Of a stretch of 42,377 nucleotides of DNA, positions 34,598 through 42,377 are shown piece by piece (the stretch's first letter is position 1; every line of letters starts with the position of its first letter). The notes below the pieces were generated by a model. It was not told the origin of the DNA. It ran no database searches and saw only the letters and a list, made by a program, of their open reading frames with translations. Position numbers and translations under genes: made by a program. The stretch comes from an uncultured Planctomycetaceae bacterium (GTDB lineage: Bacteria > Planctomycetota > Planctomycetia > Pirellulales > Thermoguttaceae), in NCBI GenBank assembly GCA_964414315.1, contig CAYPWB010000003.1, positions 1 through 42,377 on the forward strand. The letters run 5' to 3'.

Positions 34598-34811
34598 CCC
34601 CGCGTGCCACCCCCGACCCCATGGGACGAGCTTCCAGCCCCGCGTGCCACCCCCGACCCCATGGGACGAGCTTCAAGCCCCGTGGAACAAGCCTCCAGCC
34701 CCGTGGGACAAGCTTCCAGCCCCGTGGGACAAGCTTCCAGCTTGTCAGGAACAAGCGACAATCTGAAAGCTCATCCCACGCTGGATCGACAAGCTGAAAG
34801 CTCATCCCACG
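34598..34811. repeat. Array of related 21-nt units in direct and inverted orientation
   Basis: There are two exact-length 40-mers (34598-34637 and 34638-34677, 39/40 identical). Each is a 19-mer followed by a 21-nt unit CCCCATGGGACGAGCTTCCAG. Three 21-mers of the form CCCCGTGGGACAAGCTTCCAG follow (34678-34698, 34699-34719, 34720-34740). Two inverted relatives GACAA(T/G)CTGAAAGCTCATCCCACG lie at 34757-34780 and 34788-34811. Confidence 0.85.
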
Positions 34812-34856
34812 GAGCTTGCGCCACGGCACATTGGCAGCGTGCTGCTTGGCTCGCCG

Positions 34857-35825
34857 TTAGTTGGGTACCTGCGCCGGTTCGCCGTCGGCCATGCTGCCGA
34901 GGAGACGGAACAACTGCCGGTCGATGTTCTCGCTGAGGAAATGGACCGAGCCGTCGGCCATGCCGAAGTTCGCGCCGCCGGAATGGCGGCTTCCGGGCGA
35001 TTCGAAGTAGTTGTTGTTCATTCCGCCCGGATACGTACTGCCCCAGTCGTGGTCGGTCGTGGAGAACAGCGTGGCCGAGCCGCCCACCGGCCAACCGTCC
35101 TGGCTCTGCTGGGCAGGCGGAGTGGAGGAAGTGGTGCCGGTCAGTCGCTGGAGTTCCCCGGTCATGATGGTACTGCTTGTGCCGTCCTGGACCGCATTGA
35201 ATCGGGCAGCCTTGTTGGGGATGAACATGCCGCTTCGCAGCGAGTTTTGCCAGGTGTCGGCGGCCGAAGCGACGAACGGCTTGTTGCCGCTCTCGGTGAA
35301 CGTCCGCCCGCCGCCCGCGCAGCCGCCGTAATCGTTGCCTCCGCCTTGCCAACTCGTATTGCGCAATCTTGGCTGGTCCTCCGAGCGGACTTCATTGCGC
35401 CGGCTCGGGCAGTAGAAGCCAGGCATGTCGAGTTGGGCAATGGCTGCATTGCCGGTAACACTCGTGGCGAAACTCCATTGCTTGTGCGCGCTGGCCTGTT
35501 CCATGAAAGGGAGGATTTGCAGCATCCAACTCGTCCCGTGAGAGCCGGTGCTCGTTTGCGCCGCCTCGCCCCACGGGTCGAATGCCGACGGACCGCCGAC
35601 CGACACGATGCAGCCGGGCGGGAAGGATCGCAACGCCTGCGCGTAATTGTGCAGCGCCAGACCCACCTGCTTCAGGTTGTTGGTGCATTGCATTCGCCGG
35701 GCGGCTTCGCGGGCGGCCTGCACGGCAGGCAGGAGCAAGGCGATAAGAATCCCAATGATGGCGATGACCACCAGCAATTCGACCAGGGTAAAACCCGATC
35801 CCGAACGCCGCTTGCATACTCGCAT
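34857..35825 (-). CDS. DUF1559 protein with prepilin-type N-terminal signal (paralog of 33517-34479)
   Basis: ORF 34857-35945 trimmed to ATG 35825 ([53 protein letters not shown]). It is colinear with the neighbour and roughly two-thirds identical by eye. Confidence 0.9.
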   Translation of the reverse strand: MRVCKRRSGSGFTLVELLVVIAIIGILIALLLPAVQAAREAARRMQCTNNLKQVGLALHNYAQALRSFPPGCIVSVGGPSAFDPWGEAAQTSTGSHGTSWMLQILPFMEQASAHKQWSFATSVTGNAAIAQLDMPGFYCPSRRNEVRSEDQPRLRNTSWQGGGNDYGGCAGGGRTFTESGNKPFVASAADTWQNSLRSGMFIPNKAARFNAVQDGTSSTIMTGELQRLTGTTSSTPPAQQSQDGWPVGGSATLFSTTDHDWGSTYPGGMNNNYFESPGSRHSGGANFGMADGSVHFLSENIDRQLFRLLGSMADGEPAQVPN

Positions 35826-36363
35826 GGACAGACCACTCCTACAGATAACGATTGGTGCACTCCTGCCGCTTGCCCACGGCAGAACCTGCTGGCCCAGAGG
35901 CGCCGGCCATTTCTCCGACCGACAAGCAGCGGCAGGCCAAAGCATGCGCCGCGTTGAGATCCGGTAGATTGTACCAGTTAGCCACTGCGTTCAGCATAAC
36001 ACCGGGCCGGCTTTGCGGCAAGGTACGCACTCAGTCTATTTCGGGGGGTCTGGTGGCCGGCTTCCGACTGCGATTCACCGCCGGATATGCACTCGTCCGG
36101 GCTGTCTTGCTTGCCTCAGGGTGGTGGATTTTCCTGCGCCGAGGGGGAGGGAACGGCCTGCTGTACCCCTTGCCGGTGCTGGTCAAGACGTTCCTTTGCG
36201 GTTATGATGAAAGGAAAATGGGCCGAAATTGCCGGTGCCGTCGGGCGTCCGTTGGGAGGAATGCGCCCTCGCACCAGGCTTTTGTTTTCGCGGCTCGACG
36301 TTACGTTTGCTTCGACAATGGTTCCACTGCCCCTCGTTTCCTTCTTGAAGCCCCCGGTTTGGC

Positions 36364-39300
36364 ATGTCGATTTCCACGGCCAAAGAGTTTATCGCGGCGC
36401 TTGCGAAAAGTCGGTTGCTGAAGCCAAAGCACCTTGACGCCGTCCGCAGCGCTGCCGAAAAGGATCCCGACCCGAAGGCCCTGGCCGGCCGTCTTGTGAA
36501 GAAGGAGTTGCTGAGCCGGTGGCAGGCAAAGCAACTCCTGGCCGGCCACACCTCGTTCTTCCTGGGCGCGTATCGCCTCCTGGAGCCTCTCAGCCGGCAT
36601 TCGGGCAGCCATGTCTATCTGGCAGAGCACAAGACGCTAGGACGGCGGGTGGTGCTCAAGCGGCTGCCGCGCGACGTGACGGGCGACGAGGATCGCAAGA
36701 AGCGGCTTCTGGGCGCGGTGCGGGCCTTGGTGGGCCTCGATCACGAGAATCTGGCGCGGGTGTACAGCATTGAGCAGGCCGGCGACCGCTATTACGTCAT
36801 CAGCCAATATGTCGAGGGTCGCGACCTGGCCGACACGGTCGCCGAAAACGGTCCGCTGAGTTTTGCCGATACCGTCGCCGCCGTCAGTCAGGCGGCCGCC
36901 GGATTGGCGGAAGCGCATCGGCGCAAGGCGGTTCATGGCGGCGTCCGGCCGTCGAATCTCGTGCTGACGCCCGAAGGCCACTTGAAGCTCGTGGGGGCCG
37001 GCACTGCCCGCCGATACCACGAGGCTGCTTCGGAAAGCGACGAGCCCGACACTCCGGCGGCCCTCGATGCCGTGCGGTACCAGGCGCCGGAACTACTCAA
37101 ACCCGATGCCGACCCGACGCCGGCGTCCGACATCTATTCGTTGGGTTGCACGCTCTATTTCCTGCTGACCGGCAAACCGCCGTTCGCCGAAGGGACGGCG
37201 GCGGAAATGGCCCAGGGGCATGCCCGACACCAGCCGCCGGGAATCCTGCGAGCCAGGTCCGACACGCCCGACCTGCTCGTGAAAGCCTGCCGAAAGATGC
37301 TGTCGAAGCGTCCGGAGGATCGGCCCGGCACGGCCGAGGAAGTTGTGGAGATGCTCGCAGAATTGTCGCTGCCGAAGCGTTCGGCTGCCCGCATTGTCGC
37401 CACCGTTTCAGCCGGCGTTCCGCAGGGCGGCGCGCCGGCGAAAGGCGAGTCGGCTGATCGGAACGCTTCGCCGGAGAAGCCCAAGCCCGGCGCGGAGCAA
37501 GCGGGACGTCCGAAGGCCGAGGCGAACGACACGGAGTCCGATTCGGACCCGGCGTCTGAACAGAAGCCCGCCGCCGGAAACGACAAGGCGCGGCCGGCTG
37601 GGGCGCCCGCGAAGAACGGCAAGACGGTTCCCGACGCCAAGTCGCCCGAACGGCGGCAACCTGCCAAGACGGCCCCGGCGGCGGCCAAACCCGCGCCGAA
37701 ACGCAAGCCCGCACGCAACGCGAAGGAGCAAGACGAAGCAACCAGCCCGGCGAAGGCCTCGGGCCGAAAGGCGAAGCCGTCGAAGTCGGAGGCGGCGTTT
37801 GCCGTCGACGCGGGCGACGAGACCTCGCCCACGGCCCGCGCCAAATCGCGTGCCGGCAAAGGCAAGTCGGGTGCCGAGACGGCGGCTGCGGGCGAGGGTT
37901 CGCAAGGATTCTTCCGCAAGCACGGCAAACTCCTGGCAATCGGCGGGGGCTCTTTGGCCGTCCTCCTGCTGGCCGCGGCCATTTCATTGCCGTTCGTTTT
38001 GGGTGGATCGTCCGCCGCCCGACCCGAGCCCGAGACCGCGCAGGCCGAACCTGAGCAGGAGTCGCAGACGCAGAAGCCTCCCCGATCGGCATCCGACGAC
38101 GTGATTGACGACCTCAACTTGGAGGGGGATTTGGACCTGGATATCGACGACCTGGTCGGCGATGAACCACCCCGCCAACCGCCGTCCGAACCGGAGCCGG
38201 AGGAGCAGCCGGATGCGGGCGATGCCCCGGAGGAGCAGCCCCCGGCGGAGGACGAGGACGAGGACGAACCCTCGGACCCCGATGGACCTTCCGAACCCGA
38301 CGAGCCCTCGGAACCCGATGACGAGGGCGGCGAGAACGAACCGGCCGAGCCTGAGGAACCGAAGGAAACACCTCCGGAGAAACCCGACCCGCCCAAGAAG
38401 GAGAAACCGCCGACGTTCCGCGATTTCCCCGAACAAGTCGTCCTTCCCTCACCGGGCGGAGAGGATGGACAGCCGGCGCCGACCGAGCCGATCAATCTGG
38501 GGAAATTGTATGTCCGAGAGCGGGCGCCGTGGGTTGTCGCGCTGCGCGGCGGCGATACAGTCGTACCCAATGCCGAAATCGTCCTCAACCGCGACGCCGC
38601 CGAGGGGGGCGGCCGCGCGTACGTCTTCGAGCTATCACCTTCTTCGGGCGACGCCGCGGCCATTGCCAGGCTTCGCTACGTGCCGGAAGCCGACCAGTTG
38701 ACGTTCCAGTGGCTTGAGCCGGCGGCCGAAATGTCGGGCGCCGGCCTGCTGCGATGGTGCCTGCTTGAACTGAACATCGACGGCGAAACGAAGACCCTGG
38801 CCTTGTCGGAACCAAAGCCGGCGCCGCCGCTGGGGTTCGACCTGGACAAAAAAATCGATCGCGCAACGATCGAAAGCGACGAATTGCCCGCCGAGAAACT
38901 TCTCCGTCTGGAAATCACCGGCGTCGAGGGCGAGGTCGAGCGGCACCAGACTCAACCGGAGGAACCGGTCGAGGCAAGACAGCAAATGGCCCTGGCTTTT
39001 CAGCGGATGGATCGAGACCGCAACCCGCAACCTATCGCGATCATGCAGTTGAGCTTCACCGTGTCGAGCAAGAGCCTGACCGTCCTGCGCCGCATCGAAC
39101 AGCCGCCTCGACGCATGGTCGTGCCGGGCCCCCAACTGGCCATGTTGCGACAGAAGGGCGAGGAAGAGTACAAAAAGGTCCTGGCCCAAATGAATAAGGC
39201 CCAAGGCCATGGCGCGAAAGACAAGTTCCGGCCCATCCTGAACAAGATTGAAGAGGGATTGGGCCACCTCGACCTGGTCGAGAAGATCGACAAACAGGCC

Positions 39301-39396
39301 AAGATTCACTATCGCATCCTGCTCCAGGCCGGAAGCCATCAGGTTCCGCTGTTCGATTCGCAGCTTGCCGGCCCGGCGGGGGCCCCCGAGCAGTAG
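36364..39396 (+). CDS. Membrane-anchored Hanks-type kinase-fold protein, predicted pseudokinase, with unknown C-terminal extracytoplasmic domain
   Basis: 1010 aa. The kinase fold spans aa ~68-330 (VVLKRL, YQAPELL, DIYSLGCTLYFLLTGKPPF, KMLSKRPEDRP). However, the G-loop is LSRHSGSHV, HRD is replaced by HGG (aa 191-193) and DFG by GAG (aa 211-213). A Lys/Ala/Pro-rich basic linker precedes a single TM (LLAIGGGSLAVLLLAAAISLPFVLGG, nt ~37927-38004). After the TM come an acidic Pro/Glu/Asp tract and a ~320-aa globular tail. Confidence 0.85.
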   Translation: MSISTAKEFIAALAKSRLLKPKHLDAVRSAAEKDPDPKALAGRLVKKELLSRWQAKQLLAGHTSFFLGAYRLLEPLSRHSGSHVYLAEHKTLGRRVVLKRLPRDVTGDEDRKKRLLGAVRALVGLDHENLARVYSIEQAGDRYYVISQYVEGRDLADTVAENGPLSFADTVAAVSQAAAGLAEAHRRKAVHGGVRPSNLVLTPEGHLKLVGAGTARRYHEAASESDEPDTPAALDAVRYQAPELLKPDADPTPASDIYSLGCTLYFLLTGKPPFAEGTAAEMAQGHARHQPPGILRARSDTPDLLVKACRKMLSKRPEDRPGTAEEVVEMLAELSLPKRSAARIVATVSAGVPQGGAPAKGESADRNASPEKPKPGAEQAGRPKAEANDTESDSDPASEQKPAAGNDKARPAGAPAKNGKTVPDAKSPERRQPAKTAPAAAKPAPKRKPARNAKEQDEATSPAKASGRKAKPSKSEAAFAVDAGDETSPTARAKSRAGKGKSGAETAAAGEGSQGFFRKHGKLLAIGGGSLAVLLLAAAISLPFVLGGSSAARPEPETAQAEPEQESQTQKPPRSASDDVIDDLNLEGDLDLDIDDLVGDEPPRQPPSEPEPEEQPDAGDAPEEQPPAEDEDEDEPSDPDGPSEPDEPSEPDDEGGENEPAEPEEPKETPPEKPDPPKKEKPPTFRDFPEQVVLPSPGGEDGQPAPTEPINLGKLYVRERAPWVVALRGGDTVVPNAEIVLNRDAAEGGGRAYVFELSPSSGDAAAIARLRYVPEADQLTFQWLEPAAEMSGAGLLRWCLLELNIDGETKTLALSEPKPAPPLGFDLDKKIDRATIESDELPAEKLLRLEITGVEGEVERHQTQPEEPVEARQQMALAFQRMDRDRNPQPIAIMQLSFTVSSKSLTVLRRIEQPPRRMVVPGPQLAMLRQKGEEEYKKVLAQMNKAQGHGAKDKFRPILNKIEEGLGHLDLVEKIDKQAKIHYRILLQAGSHQVPLFDSQLAGPAGAPEQ

Positions 39397-39401
39397 GCCG
39401 G

Positions 39402-40082
39402 TCAACGCTTTTTCATCGTTACGCCAATGCCGGCGCCTTCCATCAACAGGAACGAAGTCTCCAGTGCCGGATTCCTGGTGATGGCCTCGATGTAGTCGGG
39501 GTTGGGCGCGGGCCAACGCATGTTGTGTGCGACGACCAGCCCGCCGGAACGCACTTTCGGCAGAAGCTTGTCGAGGTAATCGATGTAACCGCCGGGGTTT
39601 GCGTCGAGAAAGAGGATGTCGATCGGTTCTTCGATCCGAGTGATCGTTTCGTGCGCGTCGCCCACCACAACCGTGATCAGGTGGTCGACCCCCGCCTTCT
39701 TGAAGTTCTCTTCAGCGATTTTCGCGCGTTGCGGGTCGATTTCGTGGGTGGTCAACTTGCCGCCCGTCTTCCGCAGCGCCAGGGCGAACCAGACGCCCGA
39801 CTCGCCGGTCGAGGTGCCGATTTCCACGACGTGCTTCGCATTGACGGCCTCAGTGAGCAGCCGCAGCAGACGCCCGTCGGTTTCCGAGACGTTGGCGTAT
39901 CGAGGTCCTTGCCGCATCGTTGCCAAGACCTCCAGAATCTTCCGCTCTTCTTCGTCCTTCGGTTGCAGCGGATTTTCAATCGTCGCGTCGGGACGCTGCG
40001 CCCAAATCGTTGTGCCCAATAGGAACCAAACTGCCAACACGCCGGCTGCCCAGGGAAGGCCTCGCATGATCGTACTCCTCAT
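39402..40082 (-). CDS. Class I SAM-dependent O-methyltransferase (caffeoyl-CoA OMT-like) with N-terminal signal/anchor
   Basis: ORF 39402-40583 trimmed to ATG 40082 (or 40067). The N-terminus is MRSTIMRGLPWAAGVLAVWFLLGTTIWAQRPD. The SAM motif is VVEIGTSTGESGVWFA, followed by ILFLDANPGGYIDY. Confidence 0.85.
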   Translation of the reverse strand: MRSTIMRGLPWAAGVLAVWFLLGTTIWAQRPDATIENPLQPKDEEERKILEVLATMRQGPRYANVSETDGRLLRLLTEAVNAKHVVEIGTSTGESGVWFALALRKTGGKLTTHEIDPQRAKIAEENFKKAGVDHLITVVVGDAHETITRIEEPIDILFLDANPGGYIDYLDKLLPKVRSGGLVVAHNMRWPAPNPDYIEAITRNPALETSFLLMEGAGIGVTMKKR

Positions 40083-40389
40083 TGTCAGGAAAGGTGGCAA
40101 TCGTTCACGGTTTCGCGCTCGGTTGAAGAACATTCTATCCCGGCATTCGGCGGCGGGGTAGTCGCGCGGAAGTCGGACGTTTTGCCCTTCGAGCAAACCG
40201 CGGGCATGCCGGCAATCACGCTCGTGGTCGATTCCGAAAAGGGTCCCGGCAACTTGGCAGCGGAGGGGATTGCCCCGGCCGTCCCCGGCGTCTACACTGA
40301 TACGCCGTCGGGGTAACCGTTCCCGGGCCGATGGGCAACTGGCTCGTTTTTCGGCCAAGCAATCGACGAACTTTTGGGAGGACGTGGAC

Positions 40390-41439
40390 ATGCCGCTGGA
40401 AGTCGTCCTGGGACTCGCGTACATCGTCATCGGCGCCGCTTGCGGCGGTTCTTTTGGTTTGCCCAGCAAGTTCGTGAAGCCGGAAACGCCCTGGGAAGTG
40501 CTCTGGGGGCCGTTCTTCTTCTTCGTCACCCTGTTGTTGCCGCTGCTGCTTACCCCCCTGGTGGTCCGCGACTTGGGCAGCATCTACGGCCAGGCCGGCA
40601 TGGCCACCCTTGTGCCGGTACTCCTGTTCGGCCTGCTGTGGGGGCTGGGCTCGATGACCCTCGGCATGAGCTTTGCCTTGATCGGCCTGTCGCTCGCCTA
40701 CGCGCTGAACTACGGCGCGCAAATCATTACCGGCTCAATGCTGCCGCTGCTGTTGTTCGATGCGGAGCAGGTGCTCACACTCCACGGCGGCGTGATCCTG
40801 GCCGGCGTGGCCGTGTGCCTCGCCGGCGTGGCCGTTTCCGGCAGGGCGGGCATTCTGAAGCAACGCAGCCTCGACTCGCTCGCAACCGACCCGGTCGGCG
40901 CCGAGTCGCTGCCGAAGCAGCCGAAGATGCTCCTCGGCGTTCTGATCGGCGTGGTGTCGGGCGTCTTGTGCGCGTGCTACGCGGTAGCCTCGGCGTTCGC
41001 CGGCCCCATCGGCGCCGTGGCCGCCGAGACCAACCCACCCTGGGCCGCCGCCACCGCCGTAACCGCCATCATCCTCTGGGGCGGCGCGGTCTCTTCGTGT
41101 GTGTACTGTGCAGTGCAATTGACCCGAAACAAAACCTGGGGCCGGCTGGTCGGCCCCGGCGCCGGACACGTGCTCCTGCTAGCGGCCATCATGGCCGTGC
41201 TGCACAATGCGGCCATCTTCCTTTTCGGGCTGGGATGGATTCACATTGGAGAACTCGGCGTTTCGGTCGGCTATCCGATCTTTATGTCGGTGGCGATTCT
41301 GGTGGGCAACGTGCACGGCTTCCGCTCCGGCGAGTGGAAGGGCGCCAGCCGCGAAAGCATCCTTTGGATTCTCACTGGAATCGCGCTGCTCATCGTGGGC
41401 GTGTGCCTGCTGGCCCAAGGCCGGGCGATGCTGCCCTGA
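40390..41439 (+). CDS. L-rhamnose/proton symporter family (RhaT-like) transporter
   Basis: ORF 40270-41439 trimmed to ATG 40390 (GGGAGGA Shine-Dalgarno). It is a 349-aa polytopic protein. By eye it aligns to E. coli RhaT (IGAACGGSFGLPSKFVK..W, LLFGLLWGLGSMTLGMSF, GVAVSGRAGILK, GEWKGAS). Confidence 0.8.
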   Translation: MPLEVVLGLAYIVIGAACGGSFGLPSKFVKPETPWEVLWGPFFFFVTLLLPLLLTPLVVRDLGSIYGQAGMATLVPVLLFGLLWGLGSMTLGMSFALIGLSLAYALNYGAQIITGSMLPLLLFDAEQVLTLHGGVILAGVAVCLAGVAVSGRAGILKQRSLDSLATDPVGAESLPKQPKMLLGVLIGVVSGVLCACYAVASAFAGPIGAVAAETNPPWAAATAVTAIILWGGAVSSCVYCAVQLTRNKTWGRLVGPGAGHVLLLAAIMAVLHNAAIFLFGLGWIHIGELGVSVGYPIFMSVAILVGNVHGFRSGEWKGASRESILWILTGIALLIVGVCLLAQGRAMLP

Positions 41440-42009
41440 TCGGTTGACTACCGAGCCGCCGCACGAAGGTTTTGCAGGAGGTCTTCCGCTTCCGGGTGGA
41501 AAGCCCGGCAAATTAGCAGGCACTCCCCGTCGTGCCGTCCGCTTGATTAGGCAGAATATCGCCGTTCGGGGGGAATGGCTTGCACCTGGAAACGCAAGGG
41601 CCTTTGCAGGAGAAGAACTGCACCGGAACGTTCGAAAGCGTTCCCCGGTCGCGATTGCATGCCCGATGCAGATGGTCTACACTGAATCCGATGCCAAACT
41701 GGGCATCGACGTTGCCCGACTCAAGATGCCGGCGTCCTGGAGAGAAGTCTGCCCGGTCGGACGAAGTGGCCGCGCAACCCGTTTGCCTACAACGCCTTAG
41801 CGTTTCGTCCCCATCCGCCGCGTCTGCCCCCAAGCCAAGCGACGCCGACAACCAGCGGGACTATAGGCAATCAGAGAAAGCTGGGGAACTAGGATTTGAA
41901 GCTAGTCTTGCCATTGTGCGTACCTTGCGTCGGCGTTGCTAAGTCCTTTTCAATTATACACTTATGATTCGGCGTGGCAAGAGCGTTGCATGAGTGTTGT
42001 CGGCAAAAG

Positions 42010-42038
42010 TGACGCAACATGACGCAAAATTGACGCAA
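42010..42038. repeat. Three direct TGACGCAA boxes at helical-turn spacing
   Basis: TGACGCAA occurs at 42010-42017, 42020-42027 and 42031-42038, with start-to-start spacing of 10 and 11 nt. The boxes sit in a locally AT-richer segment with no convincing gene. Confidence 0.75.
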
Positions 42039-42122
42039 ACCCCTGGGGGCTGGGGTGTTGGGCTGTCGCCCGTTTCGCCCGTTCTCGCCTTCGGAACCAT
42101 GGCCCCTTCGGACTCGTTGGCA

Positions 42123-42158
42123 CCCCCGCATGGCCCCCGCAATGCCAGGGGGGTTTTT
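42123..42158 (+). terminator. Intrinsic-terminator-like hairpin followed by TTTTT (plus strand)
   Basis: CCCCCgcaTGG ... CCAGGGGGG is followed by TTTTT (42154-42158). No annotated plus-strand gene ends here. Confidence 0.3.
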
Positions 42159-42377
42159 ATAACTCCAGGGGACGGGCGGTAGGGCCGCGCCCACCTCGAA
42201 GGGGGTCGCGCCATCAAGGGGCACCTTGTGGTGGGGAGTCTCAGCCAAACCACGCGAGTAAGAATCTGAGCGTGCAAGTTGGTGAAACCACCACTTTTCG
42301 CCCATCATTTTCATTCATCATCATTGGCCCACTCTTCGCAACGTCGAATCCACGAATCGAAACGCCTTACGGAACGG

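Noticed and set aside
34598-34811. CRISPR array.
   Set aside because: The units are contiguous with no unique spacers. They vary in length (40 and 21 nt) and include inverted copies. No cas genes are in the window.
36181-36208. A shared promoter architecture between the ACT operon (13961-13988) and the pseudokinase upstream region (GGTCAA-16-TATGAT). Both contain ACGTTC and GTTATGAT.
   Set aside because: The spacing between ACGTTC and GTTATGAT differs (9 versus 13 nt). The -35 of the second site is poor. The shared 6- and 8-mers are within chance expectation, so I do not claim a common regulatory motif.
41497-41520. RNase P RNA-like GGTGGAAAGCCCGGC (compare the conserved GAGGAAAGUCCGGGC).
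   Set aside because: Only this short hairpin matches. The flanking conserved RNase P segments are absent from the neighbourhood, including the GGUAAGGGUGAAAGGGUG region and ACAGAACCCGGCUUA.
41882-41907. tRNA-like T-arm on the minus strand (ACTAG-cTTCAAATc-CTAGT followed by TCCCCAG). It could be a tRNA 3-prime fragment marking an att site.
   Set aside because: - The pair closing the loop is a C-C mismatch.
- The stem is AT-rich in a GC-rich genome.
- No anticodon or D arm can be drawn upstream, and no matching 5-prime acceptor strand is present.
- No integrase is in view.
41513-42314. ORFs 41513-41851 (-), 41580-41942 (+), 41889-42314 (-) and 41954-42277 (-) as genes.
   Set aside because: They have no recognisable motifs and odd composition: Cys/Arg/Gly-rich or low-complexity. 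They mutually overlap, and I found no Shine-Dalgarno. The ATGA overlap at 42311-42314 with a frame entering from the right edge is the only supporting hint, so I report it under the non-coding-tail finding instead.
42321-42377. tmRNA (ssrA) 5-prime end on the minus strand. GGATTCGACGTTGCGAAG resembles the conserved GGAUUCGACGGGAUUUGCGAA of tmRNA.
   Set aside because: - No GGGG acceptor start lies at the right distance upstream; the sequence there is taaGGCGTTTCGATTCGT.
- No pseudoknot-1-length segment precedes the first in-frame stop.
- No plausible tag ending in hydrophobic-Ala-Ala is present.
- No T-arm-acceptor-CCA lies 330-400 nt downstream.
- The similarity is about 16 nt and is probably fortuitous. 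Extending the window would settle it.

Overview
This is a 42.4-kb GC-rich bacterial chromosomal window. Gene content suggests Planctomycetota (inference only): two DUF1559 prepilin-like paralogs, formylglycine-type sulfatases, a PATR-repeat surface protein and a membrane-anchored Hanks-kinase-like protein. I can support 33 protein-coding genes. Many long ORFs in the six-frame track are GC-driven shadow ORFs antisense to real genes. I found no rRNA, no convincing tRNA or tmRNA, no CRISPR, and no transposase or integrase.

Layout:
- 1-11.2 kb: accessory cluster that looks like sulfated-glycan use. It holds a PATR protein, a XylR-like regulator, a lyase-like jelly-roll protein, a CHAD protein, two sulfatases, a 584-aa secreted unknown, and two toxin-less antitoxin genes.
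- 11.3-18.5 kb: a secreted VIT-vWA protein, divergent from an ACT / ChlI-type AAA+ / Uma2 nuclease / vWA cassette.
- 18.6-21.2 kb: gmhA-like gene, lpxK and cheX.
- 21.2-30.1 kb: tightly packed minus-strand housekeeping run (epimerase-like gene, ppsR, polA, coaE, rho, ribH, nusB, ftsY) with start/stop overlaps.
- 30.1-33.3 kb: vapBC, a stand-alone receiver and a signal-peptide-bearing beta-CASP metallo-hydrolase.
- 33.5-35.8 kb: two DUF1559 paralogs separated by a 21-nt repeat array.
- 36.4-41.4 kb: a predicted pseudokinase with a transmembrane segment, an exported O-methyltransferase and a RhaT-family symporter.
- 41.4-42.4 kb: about 0.9 kb with no convincing gene.

Best candidates for something undescribed:
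- the ACT-AAA+-Uma2-vWA cassette, whose AAA+ has degenerate Walker motifs;
- the catalytically dead membrane kinase;
- several structured non-coding elements: a heptad-built ribH-nusB spacer, a 31-nt element at the same distance upstream of polA and the beta-CASP gene, a 109-nt compound palindrome, the inter-DUF1559 repeat array, and a triple TGACGCAA repeat.

All family assignments come from motif recognition by eye. No database search was run.
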